DNA of 61,969 nt, filler included, from Hausera hauseri (taxonomy: Eukaryota), in NCBI GenBank assembly GCA_046269625.1. It is 11 parts of 11 records of this genome, joined end to end, with 100 filler letters (N's around TTAATTAATTAA, not from the genome) between each part and the next. Parts side by side here need not be neighbours in the genome. Positions count along the whole stretch, not along the records: positions 55,938 to 61,969 come from JBJURY010150311.1; 10 more parts are not named here. The stretch is one strand, 5' to 3'. The notes under the pieces are model-generated. The model was not told the origin of the DNA, searched no databases, and saw nothing but the letters and a program-made list of their open reading frames with translations. Below, in pieces: positions 61,862-61,969 of this stretch (the stretch's first letter is position 1; each line of letters starts with the position of its first letter). Both the position numbers and the translations under genes were made by a program.

Positions 61862-61969
61862 AACTGGAAAGCCAGTCTTCTTTGGGCCATTCCAGCATTT
61901 CTGGGCAAAATCTCGCACTTTACAAATTTTGGAAAATGCCCAGAACCTGGATGAGTCACGGGGCCATAC

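Overview
This is eukaryotic (invertebrate, probably lophotrochozoan) DNA, not a continuous locus. Eleven unrelated contigs are joined by 100-bp N44-TTAATTAATTAA-N44 spacers: 1-4176, 4277-11614, 11715-15757, 15858-20643, 20744-24719, 24820-36287, 36388-40510, 40611-44992, 45093-51218, 51319-55837 and 55938-61969. Mobile DNA dominates. (1) Four diverged copies of a CsRn1/Kabuki/Boudicca-type Ty3/Gypsy family have a ~76-aa ubiquitin-like domain ending (R/L)xRGG directly before Gag (in frame in three copies, frameshifted in the fourth), with different cargo further upstream. This suggests host deubiquitinases release Gag, and it is the best candidate for an undescribed system. (2) Pieces of a large LTR element carry a chuvirus-like (class III) glycoprotein, an internal UBL domain and a degenerate RING finger. 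(3) A complete, intact Tx1/L1-clade non-LTR retrotransposon sits at the U2 snRNA branch-point recognition sequence with a TSD and poly(A) (Keno-like). (4) There is a decayed Polinton/adintovirus-type pPolB and a hAT-like transposase. Host sequence includes a titin/twitchin-like FN3-Ig-(pseudo)kinase gene, an NDUFS5 exon, a truncated GPCR, and decayed intronless annexin, vigilin and TTI1 fragments. All family calls are by-eye motif recognition; no searches were run.
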